The notes under the pieces are model-generated. The model had not been told where the DNA came from and ran no database searches. It saw nothing but the letters and a program-made list of their open reading frames with translations. A stretch of DNA of 64,000 nucleotides from contig NC_087436.1 of the NCBI RefSeq assembly GCF_036321535.1, forward strand, positions 107,200,001 through 107,264,000, given 5' to 3'. The stretch's first letter is position 1, and each line of letters starts with the position of its first letter. Below, one piece after another: positions 24,161 to 37,682 of this stretch. The DNA comes from Camelus dromedarius. Its lineage: Eukaryota. The position numbers and the translations under genes are program-made.

Positions 24161-26254
24161 ACACTTTGTCTTGCTCTCAGGAGAGCGCCTTGGAAAGAAC
24201 TAATTCTCAATATACAATTTTAAATAACTAAATGCTTCTTAAATTTTGAAGTATTAGAAAAATTACATAAAAATTGAGCCCATTTTTTTTCTATATTGAG
24301 GGCACTCTTTGCTCCTGAGTGGTAAGAATTAAATGAGACAATTACGTACCATGTGCTTATAGAAGACAATTACATTTAAAGCACATACAGTGCCTATCAC
24401 TGAGCTTATTAAATGTTAGTTAGCATCGTTATTATTTAGACTCTTATGCCAATTGGTTTCTTTACTCATGTAAACATGATCTCCCTGTTTTGGTCAATGA
24501 ATTCCAGTATAACTCAGTTGAATTTTCTTTCCACTTTAAAGCAGGGAAATGACACGATATTGTAGAGCCATTATTTTTATTTTTAAAAAATTAGTAGAAA
24601 AGGCAATGGAAATGTGAGCTTTTTCTCTTAAAGCAGATGACTGTGAGCCTTAATGTGAGGCAGAAATTATTACAATCATCATGTAGAACATTGAAGTCGC
24701 CACTGGGTACCTGAGAAAATTCAGAGCCCACGGAAGATGTATGTTCTATTCAGCATAGCTCTATAGGAATGATTTGGGGTGGTTGGAGTGGGGGGTGGAA
24801 TCTTCCTTCAACCAACATAAATTCCAATTTTCAGTCATTTCCTTGTCAATCTTGCTTTTAAAAATCTCTTTAAAGTATTGGGATAAAAAACCTTTGTGTT
24901 GGAAAAAGTAAACATTTCCAGTTTCTGGAATGATCCTTGAAGGATGCTCCTCTGTAAAAATGAAGCCCATAGTTTAGTTGTCCTTTGATCAGATTGGGGG
25001 CGGGTGTGCCTGATAAGATTCCCTTCAGCAGCCTACTGACTCTTTCAACCTTGCCTCTTGAAACCTTTCTGAACACAGGAGCTGATACTGCAGGTTTTAT
25101 ATTTATAATGATTAATTAATTCTGCACTAAGCAATGTTCTTGACTACAAGAACAAAATCCACCTCAGAAAGCCTAAATGACAGCTTGCCTAAAATAATTA
25201 ACACCCAGACTGATAGAATTGAGATGTTCTTACTCTACACAGGCAGATTTTAGCAATTTAATTACTAGTATTTCTAATTGTTCTAGAACTATAATAAAAA
25301 TCACAAGAGTCTGGTAAAGCAGCCGTGTAGATGAAGAAAACCAAGCAAGGCATACTAAATGAAGAAATAACATTTAAATGTGGATACACCTAAAGTTACT
25401 AAACACAACCCAGGCACAGACAGATATTTTGGCCGGTTGAACTACAAACATAAAAATTGAGCTGACTGTGGTCTGGGTTTGGAAAGGGAACTCTGAGAAC
25501 CCCTTTGTAACTCTCTGGAACTATTAAATACTCCAGTGAAGTATTATGTAACTGTGGCTTCTGAATGTCAGAGGTTTAGCATTTTCTTGAAATTCCTTGG
25601 CCCTGACTGTCAACTCTAACTATTATCTAGTTCATCATGGGGCTTAAAAAATCTCCAAATTTAAGAGTTCTGACATCTGGTTCATGTGACATAAGTAAAT
25701 AAAAGAGGCAGAAGCATGTGATATTGTCTCTTGCCTTTTCCCATGAATTTCTGAGTAGAGTTCATAAAATTACTTTACAAGTGGAAGCTTTCAACCAAAG
25801 CAAACTCAGCGTAGTGCCTGTCAGATTATGTCTCTATAAAGTGACAGCTTTGCTGATAAAAGTCTTTGATGGCATCCCCACAGTTTCCATTCTCCCATCT
25901 CCCTGTTTTGTATTCCAGAAATACTGGGTAAATGAATTCTAAATATTTCCTCTTGTCCCACGTAAAATCCTAACTACCTTTGTTAAGTTTGCTTTTAAAA
26001 AGGTAAAAGGAATTGAGCTCCTATTTTGAGTGAACAAATCAATTTTTTTCTTAAGAGCAAAATAAGTTAGACTCTTCTATTCTTTGTAGATTTAGCGAAT
26101 GTAGTACAAAATTTCGTGGGCAGGATTAATTCCTAAAATCTCTGATCACCTTTTTCCTTTTTTGTTATACTGCAGCTATCCTACTGTAGTTACCAACCTC
26201 AATGCCCTTCTTGGCTTGGAGAATCATCCAAATTGACAAAGCTATTTTCTACAT

Positions 26255-26597
26255 CTACTCTTACCCAATGTGGTAGCCACTAGCCACTTGAGGATTTCAA
26301 ACACCATCTGAATTGAGGCTAACCTCAGTTGAGATGTGCTGTAAATATAAGATACACAACAGATAGCAAAGACTAAGCACAGGGGGGGAAAGAATGCCAA
26401 CATGTCATTAGTCATCTTCATACTGATTACATGATTAAGTAAAAGTATTTCAGATACATTGAGTGCAATAAAATATATTAAAATTAACTTCACCTGTTTC
26501 TTTTTCACTTGCTTTAGGGTGACTGTTAGACAATATTAAATCACCTCTGTGTCTTATCTGGGAAGCTCATGTTCTATTTTCGTTGGACGATGCTGGT
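26255..26597. mobile_element. MER33/MER3-like hAT MITE
   Basis: 'tggtagccactagccac', 'ttgagatgtgctgtaaatataa', 'ttaaaattaacttcacctgtttcttttt'. Confidence 0.85.
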
Positions 26598-26649
26598 GTG
26601 CAGAGGGCTACACACTCAACAGTTTACAAAATACTCATCTGTATGTTCT

Positions 26650-27400
26650 CAGTATGGAAAGAAAATAAGCTTTGGAATCTGAGAATGATGGGTTTAGATC
26701 TTCTTTTCTGGGATTTTCTGTAAGTGAAAAGCAGAATAATTACCTCTCAGAGTTATTGTTTACAAAAAAATGAATAAATTATTAAAAAGCCAAAGGTGAT
26801 GTCTGGCAACGGTGTAGAAGAAAGAGCTTGGATTTGTCACATTGGACAAATTAACATCTTTGAATTCACACCTCTCTCTTCCCAGCATCATGGTTGTGGG
26901 TCAGGTAACCTCCAAGCATTGATTTTTTTTCACCCTCAAAAGAAAGTGACGATCCAGCCTTGCCAGATCATGGTGATGACAGCATAGTGCATCCAGCAGA
27001 GGTCATTATTAATAGTCTCCATAAATCCAACTACAATTCTTTTTCTTTCTACCATTTACTGCTTAGCAGGTGCCAGGAATTGTTTTAAAGAATTTCTGAT
27101 GCATTTCACCATTTAATCCTCAACACTACCACAACAATAATAATAAGAGCTGAGGCTCATAGAGACTTAACCAGGCGCTGAGCCCAGTGCCTCATTTGTG
27201 TCGCCTGACAGCATCATGATGACATGTGCACCCTGGTAAGGAAAGTGGGAACATCACACATTATTCGACACATTTTATGGATGAGAAAACTGAGGCTTTG
27301 AGAGGCTAAGTAACCTCCAAAGTCACACAATTTGTAGAAGACAGAGCTGAGCGTCAATGTGTTGGTTTTCAGCCATTCTCTTAGTTACCAGGGCACTGAG
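26650..27400. mobile_element. Cluster of MIR fragments in both orientations
   Basis: For example 'cattttatggatgagaaaactgaggctttgagaggctaagtaacc' at about 27270-27315. Confidence 0.75.
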
Positions 27401-30400
27401 ACTGCCTGGACCCTCTCTCCGCTCACGGTTTTGTTCCTTCCCACCTTCTTCCCTCTCCTGTCTTTTCCTTTCTCCTTCCCATCCTAGTCTTCCTTCCTTC
27501 ATGTCTCCTTTTCTTTTACTCTCTCTTCTCTTCAATCATTTTTAAGATGCCAACTTATATGCTAATGTGATTTTTTTTCTCCCAGCAATGAGTAGGTCAG
27601 TGCATCAAATCACTATTTTTTAACTTTTTTTTAAAAACATCTCTACCAAAACCATCTCTGCCTGTGATGTTGTGTTGCACTTTTAGCTGTAAATTAAGGT
27701 CCGGTATGTAATCTTTTTAGTTACTGCTCCTCTAATGTATTAACCAGTGGATTTGCGCAGCCATGGACATGCCTCTCGGAGTAACAGCCGAGGACTGTCA
27801 GATGTCAAGGCAAACAGTCACCATAGCACTGCTGCTAGGTCCCAAACTGACTAGAATATACATGATAGCTCAGTATCCATCATAGAATTCAGTTCTAAAC
27901 GTCATCTTGGACATCGTTGAGTCCAACCCTCTGCATTTTACAAATAAGGACTTCTTACCCCAGAAACAGTTTGACTTAATTTTGATTTTGATTTTCACAT
28001 AGCTATAGTCATTAAGGTCTAGAGCCAAGCCTATGTTCTTAATTTTATATTAGTCTATACCCCAAACTTACGTATCTTTAATAAATAGCTGAAATTCCAC
28101 TGTTAAAGACAAAGTTCCATTTGAGAAAAGAAAATTCAGGGAAAGCAAAGCAAGATTAAACATTTTGTGGCTGAATCCCATTATTACTTTTTTATCTATG
28201 TTGCTGCATAACTATTTATCTATGTTACTAGGCAATTATCAATATTACTGTGTATCTGTATCTCTTGGCCAAGTTTGAAACTGTACTCATGTCCCACAGT
28301 CAAGCTATCCTTGGCTCCAAATTTGAGTGCAGAAAAGAGCGCCCTGCCTTTTCCCCAGGGTTTGACCTTCCCGCAGCCAATGGAAGAGAGGTCGCTCACT
28401 TTCAGAGCTGCAATTCCACCTGCCTAGTGTCGTACAGATCACAACCACAAGGGCATCGAATTGTTTGGCTAATTTCTCAAGCGCACCTGTCTCCTTGCAC
28501 AGAGCTAAGCCCTCGGTACATGTTAGGTATTATCATTATACTTAGGACTGGAGCTTTACCATTTTAAAAAGCGCTCTGGGAAAACACACAAAGCTGAGTG
28601 AAACCCATTAAGCATTTCTGGTCCAACCTTACTAGTCATCTCTATCTACCTCTAATAAAGCTTTTCAAAACTCAGGATTATCACTTCCTGTTTACCTCCC
28701 CTCAATAACAGAGAGCCATTGCTCAAGCCCAGGGGAGGGGTGATTACCTGAAACACTTCACAGGTACAGTCTTCTCAATCTGAGAGGATGTTTACAAACT
28801 CTTTCCCATGGTAGCTGACCCCTACATGTTGCATACAATCCCCCATCACCTCCATGCCTTGTCACACTCCAGAACCAATTATCATGATTATATCAACTAA
28901 GGAAAGTGGCAGAAATGATCATTTACTGTTCTACCTCTTTAATACATCAATGAGAAATGAACTACAAATTTATTAACCTTGACCAGACTGTAATAAATCT
29001 GATGGAAACAGTGTTAATTTGTAGCAACCGCAGTACACATTGACATCCCTCTAATCTCTGAGGCTGGTTCCCGGTCCTTCTGATCCACATCCCTAGCAGG
29101 GGAACCTAAATCTTTCCCATCTCATGGGGTCATTAGCTCTTAGGAGAGTTGGATATATTTTCCAATTGTACTTTTTGATGAGTGACAAGAAAGACCACAC
29201 CAGCATCAGTAGCTTTAAATAATATCAGTGGAATATCCATCTATACCTAGCAGAACTCTGGACATCATATAAAACCAGATAAGCAGAGGGAGTCCTGCCC
29301 TTCAGGAACTTAAATAGATACCTATACTGCGAACATATAGACTTCAAGCATGCATCTCTGCTCCTATAAGGTGGACACAGCACTCAGTTACAGAACATAA
29401 AAATATTAGATTTCAATAATGCTTACTGTGGTCTCTATTCATGTGGCAAATCCTGTAGGACGGTATTAAGTACTTTCCTAAGAGAATATGTTACTAAAAC
29501 TTATGTTGACTACCATTTTGCTTCTAAACTGAGCCATAAACTGAACTTGAATTATAACTTGGTGCCTGTCTATAGCCTCTTCCTCTCACATCAATCAAAC
29601 TGTGGTACAAAGATGCAGATTTCTGAGGGTAGATGTCTCAGGAAATAAGTACTATATAATACATCAGGCATATCCTTTCTACAATATAGAATCATTTACT
29701 CAAAAGGAAATAGATGCCTGTCTCTCCTGTAAACCCAGACATAAGTTTGGATGTGTTCCCTTTGAGAGTCATTACTTTTGGATGCCTAATGACCTCACCT
29801 TCATGTTAAAGATATTCCAATTTCCCTCCTCTAAATTCTCCCTTGGTTATTTCTCAAGGTCTCCCCTGGTGTGTAACATGCCCTCTGAAGTGTTTTCTTG
29901 TTTCACTCCAGCCCATGGGTTGAAACCCTGTTCTTCTAGAAGCTTCTCCCACTGTCTCGTCCTCTGGGGTCCTCAGTGGGATCAAAGCTGTCTACCTAGG
30001 AGTCAGAGTCACAATGCCCAACCTCACCTCATTGTGAGCTGAGAGGTGAGGGGTCCCCAACAGCACTGAGATTCTCTCAGGCTTTCTGGAGGTAGAGACA
30101 CTTTGCCATGTTTCACACAAAAATGAAGAGACAGATCACCCATCTGGGCTGTCCACACAGGTGCTGCTGGGACCCCAGTCATCCAGAATCCTCTCACAAA
30201 CCAACGAAAAATAGTCCATGAAGCTGCACCTACCAAGGGCCTGACAGTTTTCCCCTGCCGTTCTCCACTCCCTCCCTCCCTCCCTACCTGCCCTCACACA
30301 AAATCAGGTTTTAAAAAATAAATGTCTGACTCCTGAACCACCAAATACATACAGCTAGGCAGGGCCTTCCCAGGAAACAGCAGAATAACATCTCACCCTT

Positions 30401-30412
30401 TCCAACTGCCTG

Positions 30413-30815
30413 GATGTAAGCCAGGCATTGTTCTAAGGGCCCAGTGGGTTCACCTCCTGAGTCTGCTACTTCCGGCTCTGTGACTTCAGCAAATTTCCAA
30501 ACTCCTCTATGCCTCAGATTCCTCAGGTGTGAAACAGGGATGATAATCATCATAACAATAATATGTGTGTAATATGTTGCTCTGAGAACCAAAGGATTCA
30601 GACATAAAGGACTCTAACACCTGACACATAATAAGCATGATACTGTTTTTAATTGTTCACAATAACTCTCCCAGGACTAATCTTATGCTCAACTTGCAGA
30701 TGAGGAAACCAAGGCACAGAGAAGTAATGTCACTTGTGCAAGGTAACCCAACTAGTAGGTGACAGATCTGGGGCTCCGAACCATAGCCCAAGATTTTAAC
30801 CCCCAGCTTCTCAAC
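30413..30815. mobile_element. Two MIRs tail-to-tail (+ then -)
   Basis: Core 'tgcctcagattcctcaggtgtgaaacaggg' on +, then 'cagatgaggaaaccaaggcacagagaag' on -. Confidence 0.85.
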
Positions 30816-32169
30816 CTCTTGTGTACAACAAAATTCAATTCTGCAGCTCATCTATCGAGAGTCTTGTAAATTCCCCCCGTTTGAGTTTCTACGTGATTAT
30901 CTCCAGTTTTTGCATAGTGGGGGCTTGTTGCACCAAAGCCCGTAGCAGCACCCTGTGCAAAGACGTCTCCTCCTCCCAAGGGCATTCAGTACCAAACGTG
31001 TAACACATCGTGCTGCACCCCTTCAACACCCGTAATCACCAACGACCATTCCTGTCGGATTTCTGTCTTGTGTCGTCTTGTTTTGCTATCCTCCAGCACT
31101 AACACTGCCTTCATTTCCCACTTCTCCCCTGCAGCTGGGCAGCTGCCCTTAACTTTCTCTTTTGCCCTTTATTCCATTGAATAACCTATAACCAAAGTTC
31201 TGAAGCCGAAAACTTGGGCAGTGCGGCCCTCCCCCTAGTGGTGATGCATGGAATATCCTAAATTTGCCTGCATTACAAATGAATTACCTTTTGTCAAAAC
31301 CTACCTACTTCTTTGAAAGATACTACAAAAAGAAGCAGACAAGTGTGGAGTGCCAAACGAGGGTGAAACAGGTTTCTGATGCCCCCTGAAGACTAAGGTG
31401 CTTCAGTTATCTGGAGGGTAAGTGGAATCATTAAGCTAGAGTAGTGGGAGGGCAAGAAAACCAAATTTACAAGGGAGACCCTTGTGGTACATTTGAAGTT
31501 CCGTATGCAAAAGGGAGTAAGTCATGTGGGGAAGGTGGGGGGAGAAATAAAGGAAGTCCAATGAGGCTGGAAAGCAAAGGAGAGAGAGAATTGGCAAGAC
31601 CAGAGCTCTTCTAGGCAAAGTTTAGGATCAGGAGGTTTTTGTCTAAAAACAAGGGGAAGCAATTAAAACTCTTTAGTCAAGGAAGTGGCATGATCAGACT
31701 AGAATTTTCAGTCAACCCCTCAAATCATATCTAGGCATGCCGTGTTAGAAGTGGAAGCCATTCCCAATGCAGTGACTTTGTTTTCCCCATTATCTTCACT
31801 TCATATTCCTGGACATGGACGAGACTAAACCAATGGCAGTGGAGACCTGCTTTCTTAACGGAGACTGTAGGAAAGATGCTTTCACTGGGAAGCAAAGGAT
31901 ATTTGTAAGGCAGAGTTCCCTCCTGGGTAGATGTCAGCTCCATCTGGAAATGGCTGAAGTTACTTGCTGGAATAACAAGTTGAGTAGGTCCTTGGCAATC
32001 TTCCCCTCTGTGAAGAGAAAAACAGTAAATGCTTCTCTGTGGTTATGATACATTTCCTTATCCATTTACTTATTCAAATGACAAGGGAAGCCTGGAATTT
32101 AATGTTGCCAAAACTCTCCCCATCCTTCAGGCACTTTTCCATGAAACTTTTCTGGCTGTTGTCTGTCTC

Positions 32170-32489
32170 TTTTTTTTTTTTTTTAACATTTTTTAATTGA
32201 GTTATATTCATTTTACAATGCTGTATCAAATTCCAGTGTAGAGCACAATTTTTCAATTATACATGAACATACCTATATTCATTGTCACATTTCTTTTCTC
32301 TGTGAGCTACCACAAGATCTTGTATATATTTCCCTGTGCTACACAGTATAACCTTGTTCATCTATTCTGCATATGCCTGTCAGTATCTACAAATTTTGAA
32401 ATCCCAGTCTGTTCCTTCCCACCCCTCATCCTCTTGGCAACCACAAGTTTGTGTTCTATGCCTATGAGTCTGTTTCTGTTTTGTATTTA
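32170..32489 (-). mobile_element. Younger camelid-type L1 3' end with poly(A) tail (poly-T on +)
   Basis: Poly-T followed by 'aacattttttaattgagttata...tgagctaccacaagatcttgtatatatttccctgtgct...ggcaaccacaagtttgt'. Confidence 0.9.
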
Positions 32490-32584
32490 TGATCTGCCTC
32501 TTTGTTCTCTGCTCTCCAAAGTAACTAGCATCACTACTTGGAATCTAATAGTCAAAGTTTAATTAACATAGTCAGGAGTGAAAC

Positions 32585-32870
32585 TGTGAGTTGTCCCCGT
32601 TACCTTCAACTTGCTCATGCCACATAGAGATTAATGCAGAGGTGGGGGTAATGCATCTGAGCCAAGGAACCCCAAGGCTTGTCAGCCAACCACCAGAAGC
32701 CAGGGCAGAAGCATGGAATAGATTCTTCCTCACAACACTCAGAAGGAACCATCCTTACCAAATCTTGATCTTAGACTTCTAGTCTTCAGAACAATGAGAC
32801 AATAAATTTCTGCTGTTTAAGGCACCTGGTTTATAGCACCTTTTTAAGGCAGTCCTAGCAAACTCATACA
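32585..32870 (+). mobile_element. MaLR LTR (MLT1C/D-like)
   Basis: 'ccaccagaagccagggcagaagcatgga...gacttctagtcttcagaacaatgagacaataaatttctg...gcaaactcataca'. Confidence 0.9.
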
Positions 32871-32929
32871 GCTTTGGGTCTCAGTCTTCAATACCTGAGG
32901 AAACATCACCCCTATTTCCCAAAAAAAAA

Positions 32930-33905
32930 AACAAGGTCACAAAGTTAAGAGTCACCCTTGATTTATCAGCTTTCTTCAACAACTCCCACCCATATTCAAA
33001 TCATCAATAAGCAGCTGATCAGTGAATGACATTGCCCCCTTCCCTCTGTTTTTACCTCTATCTGCTAATCTAAGCTTCCATTACTTCTTACCTGGACTGT
33101 TGTAAAAGACTGTTATTTTCCTGATTTCCTGGTTAAAACCCTTCCAGTGGCTTCTATCACATTTAAAATAAAATCCTTAGTAAAAAATAAAATAAAATAA
33201 ATTAAATTAAAAAAATAATAAAATAAAATCCAAACTCAACCCAGTGGCCTCCTGAGCCTCACATGACCTCACCCTGGCCATCTCTCTGGCCTCCTCTCTT
33301 ATCCACCTTTTCCCCCTCAACCCACACACTTATCTCTTTTCTGTTGATAAAAATCACCAAGTCTACTCCCACCCCAGGGCCTTTGCACTAGCTGTTCATT
33401 TCTGTATGGAATGTTCTTCATCCAGATGTTTGGCTGTCTGGCTTCCTCTTGTCTTTCAGACCTCAGCTCAAATATTGAGCGCTTCAGTGAAGCACTCCCT
33501 GCCTAGCTAATCTCAAGCAATCCCTCAGTCCCTCTCAATCCCATCTTCATTTTGTTTTCTACTTGGCATATTCTATTTCTTGCTCATTTATTTCTGGTCA
33601 CTTGATTGAACTCCTACTCTGTGTTATTGTGGAATTAGTGGAGTGTGGAATATAGTGATAGAATGACAAGTCTTTGTTCTCAAGTTTACATTCCAGTGGA
33701 GGAAAGACAGATACATAACTTATCTCTACCTGGTGTTTTTCTGGTTTATTCATTTCTTAATTGTCTCCCTAGCCCACTACTTCTCCCACTTAGGATATAA
33801 ACCATAAGACATCAGGGAAGACTTCTACCTTGTTCATCTCTATATCTCCAAGGCCTTAAACAGGTCCTGAAACATTTTTATTTGGATAAAAGTATTGAAT
33901 AAATT
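32930..33905 (+). mobile_element. L2 3' region
   Basis: 'aaaacccttccagtggcttc', 'ccagggcctttgcactagctgttc', 'tcagctcaaat'. Confidence 0.85.
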
Positions 33906-34509
33906 TAAAAAAAAAAAAGACTGTATGATAGAGTACTTGCAACATGGCATTGCAAACTCAAATCTTAGCTCTACCACTGAGCACACTAGTTTGCAAAACT
34001 GAGTCTCATGGAACTCCTCTGTAAAGATAGAAGTAATGCTAACTAATTTCAGGGTTATTATGTGCATAAAGGAAGATTCTGTTTATAATATTTTGTACAG
34101 TGTGTGACATACATGGCATGCACAGTAAATGCTTCATGATTTAAAATTTATGAGAGTCATTAGGAGCCTTTCTTTGAAATCTAAACATTGTGACTCGATT
34201 CCCAGGTAAATAGTTATATTACACTAGTACCTTCATTTCTCAGACATCTTCCCTTTCTCTGCACTCTTATACAATCTCTTTCTTGCAGAACAAGTGATTT
34301 TCTCATTTCAACCATAGGGATTCAGATACAAGCTCTATCTATAATAAGCAAGGGCCACTCATTTTTACAAAGAATTACATACAGCCTTGTATTAATTAAG
34401 AATTCCTGTTGTATATAGGCCATCTCTTTAGCTCCACTATAATCTTCTTGGGAAGAGGAAATGACTCATACCCATGTTTTGGCTGCCACAGAGCCCAGTC
34501 ATCACCACA

Positions 34510-34886
34510 GCACAAAACCTCCTTATCTGTTGCATAACCCAAAGGAGAGGCCCACATGGCATGGAACTGCTGTCCCCAGTCAACACCCAGCGAGGCTCTG
34601 GGGCCTCCTCCTGGCCGTGTGAGTGAGCTTGGCAGTGCACATTTGCATAACTGACAACAGCCCCATGAATGAACCTAGAAGTGAATCCTTCTCCGGTTGA
34701 GCCTTGAGATGACCGCAGCCCCAAAGATACCTTGATTGCAGTCTGGTGAGAAACCCTGCATTGGGGGCATCCAGCCATCCATTCCTATCTTCTTAACCTA
34801 CAGAAACTCTGAGACAATGTATGTATTTTGCTTTAAGCCACTAAATTTGGGAATGACTTGTTACACAGCAGTGGATAACTAATACA
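34510..34886 (+). mobile_element. MaLR LTR (MLT1E/F-like)
   Basis: 'gagccttgagatgaccgcagcccc...ccttgattgcag', 'tttaagccactaaatttggg...gataactaataca'. Confidence 0.88.
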
Positions 34887-36837
34887 CTTATATAGTGATG
34901 TAGGGCACTTTGCTAAATCGATACTCTTTGAGTAATCAAATGAATATCTTCTGACTCTTTATTGACAATAAGACATGAATTTGGAGATTTATAAGAATAA
35001 CTTTTTTTTTAATTTACTCTGCAATCTGAAACTACAGAAACCTAAGTAGAATAGAAACCTAAGAATCAGTGATTCTTTGTTGAATTAACAAAATTTTTGG
35101 ATGGCACTAATTGTCAGAAAGTGAATATGACACATTCTCTGACTCCAAAATGAACCTTCCAATCTAGAAGGAACACAGTGGCCTTCCTATCACTCCATAC
35201 AGTGTCACCTTTTATAGAATTCTGAGCGAATGAGAACTTAATAAATCTGAAAATTATTTTTAAAAGAATATTGAGCCAGGGAAGCTGGTATATAAGTCTT
35301 GGCTCTCCACTGACTAACAAAGGTATCTGAAGGAAGTGAAAAAAACTCAAGTCCTCGATTTCTTCAACAGTAAAATAGGTATTGTGATATCTACTTTGTG
35401 AAGGATTGATATGGTTCAGACTCCCAGTTCAGATCCAGACTTTCTAATCCAAAGAAACTGAAAAAACACGTGTATGGTCTCTTTTGCCATAAATAAAAAC
35501 AGGAACATAAAATAGGAAAAATACAGAAAGGGTCAACTTGAGGACACCACAGAAAACCAAGTGACTCATTAGAAGAGTGGAAACCTTCAGGCAGGAACTC
35601 CTGACTGAGCATGACTGTAACTAAACCTGTAAAACCAATTGGGCTCCACTTAGATCTCAGACTTTTCCTCCATATCCTCCCAACCCATATGGAGGCTGGA
35701 ATCACTTACAGTTTGAGAAAAATAAATGTTAAAAATGACCATGTTAAATAGATCATAAACATAAGAAACTAGTAAACCTGAGAAATGGTATGGGATGAAG
35801 TGGAAATACAGAAATATCAAACTGAACAAGGATTTAAAAACCCAGAGCTTATCTGAAAACCTTTAAAAGGAAAAAGAAAATTCCAGTAAAAGGCAAAATC
35901 AGTGTCACAGCATTTATTCATCAAAATGTGTGTCTTCTATAGCCTCTTGGTGCCTGTTTACCTTTCATTTACACACAGTTCCAACACATATGGAAATTTA
36001 ATTTTTTAATCCTCTTTAGGTTAGACTCAGCAGTTGCACAAACAGGCTGGAAGTTATGGGAAGCACTAGACTGACAGAAAGAAGATAAATGACAAAAAAA
36101 ATATAGAACCAAAGCCTAAAAAATAATAATAAGAGCATCTGAGGCCATCTGATGAAAACAAGGAAGTCCTACATAACACAATAGCATTAATGCATCCACA
36201 TCTTACAAAAGTACGTAAGTACTCTGATTAAACTGAGTCTTTCCAAAGATTCAAAAAATCATGCTTTGCATTTTACCTCCCTGAACATGGAAGTGTGCCA
36301 TAATTTTAAAAATGTTTACTATTATTTGACATTAGAAGTTATATATGATGTCACGTTTCAGTCATCCATTGAACTCACCTATAAATCCCTCTAACTTAGT
36401 GACAGCAGGTAAATAAAATATTAAATGAATGCATATAAAAGGATCTCAGACACCTGATGACTCGCTGAGGGACACTAGGCTGTGTGAAGTAGGTCCTAAT
36501 CTTTGATTTTGACTTTCAGAAAGACCACACATCCCTGAGGACCAACAGACAGAGGGCTCTGCAGGTGAGCACATAAGCACCTGAGAAAGAAGGTTTCAGA
36601 CTGTAGTGCCTGGATTTTCCTTTGTGAGTGCAGCGATGGGAAACAGAGAGGCACACTGTGGATGAGTCTGTTACAACATCGCACTGGACTTTCCTGGTGT
36701 AGACAGGGTTCCTCAGTCAATTTGCCCATTGTTGTCTATTGTCTCATTTGCAAGTCATTTAACCAAGAGGTACTTTCCTACCTAACATTTTTCTCCCCAG
36801 TGGTTCTTGAAGGGCCTCACATGGCGTAAAGACATTC

Positions 36838-37682
36838 TGTGCTGGCTCCCTCTCCACTTCTTCCCACAGATCTCTCTCCTTTCTGCTCCAGGCTCCAGAA
36901 GGCTGACCTCTAAGGGACCCCCTGGTCCTCTGGCTTCTGGGGAAGGGAGCTACCATACCTATGAGAGACAGTGGGAGGAGAGGAAGATGCAGTTTATCCC
37001 CCTAGTTTCCTTTCTACTGGACCAGTTGTTAGATGTGGCTTCCTCCTTCCTTCCTTTCTTTCTTCCTTCCTTCCTTCCTTTCTCTCTCTCCTTTCTCTCT
37101 GTCTGTCTCTCTTTTTCTCTCTCTCTCTCTTTTTATCAACCTTATTTACATATCATAAGAGCCCCTTCCCTTGTACTGCTCAGTTAGTTTTCACAAAAGT
37201 GCCCACCTATGTAATCACCATCACAATCAAGAAAGAAAACTCTGCAACACCACAGAATGTTATGCACTCTCCCCTTTGCAGGCAGCACCTGCCCTCCCAG
37301 GCCCTGGCCACCAAGGATCTGATTTCCGTCAGTACAGATTAGTTCCACCTTGATTAGAATTTAATAGAAATAGCATTGAGTCTGAACTCTTTTGTTCAAT
37401 ATAATTATTCTGAGATTTATCTATGTTGTTGAGTCTATCAATAGTTCATTACCGTTTACTGCACCGTAGTGTTCCATTGTCTGCCTATCACAACAAAGAC
37501 CGGCAGTGACTACTTTCATCCAGGCTCTCCTATAACCAGCACTCTCCCCAGTCCACTGTCCTTGTGGGTCTCCCTGAAGCCTTCCGCCATCTTTGTAAAT
37601 AACCAACCCCTTCACAAAACTCTCGTCTGTGATCTCTTGTGGAAATGCCCTCTGCCTCCTCGTGGGGACCTCACACTGACCC
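36838..37682 (+). mobile_element. LTR33-like ERVL LTR split by an L1 insertion
   Basis: 5' part 'tgtgctggct...cagatc...aggctgacct...cctctggcttc'; 3' part 'gtaaataacc...aaactctc...tgccctctgcctcct'. Confidence 0.7.
37041..37485 (-). mobile_element. Old L1 3' fragment with a (CTTC/CT)n-derived tail
   Basis: CT-rich tract 37041-37133, then 'tgtaatcaccatcacaatcaaga' and 'ttctgagatttatctatgttgttgag'. Confidence 0.8.
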
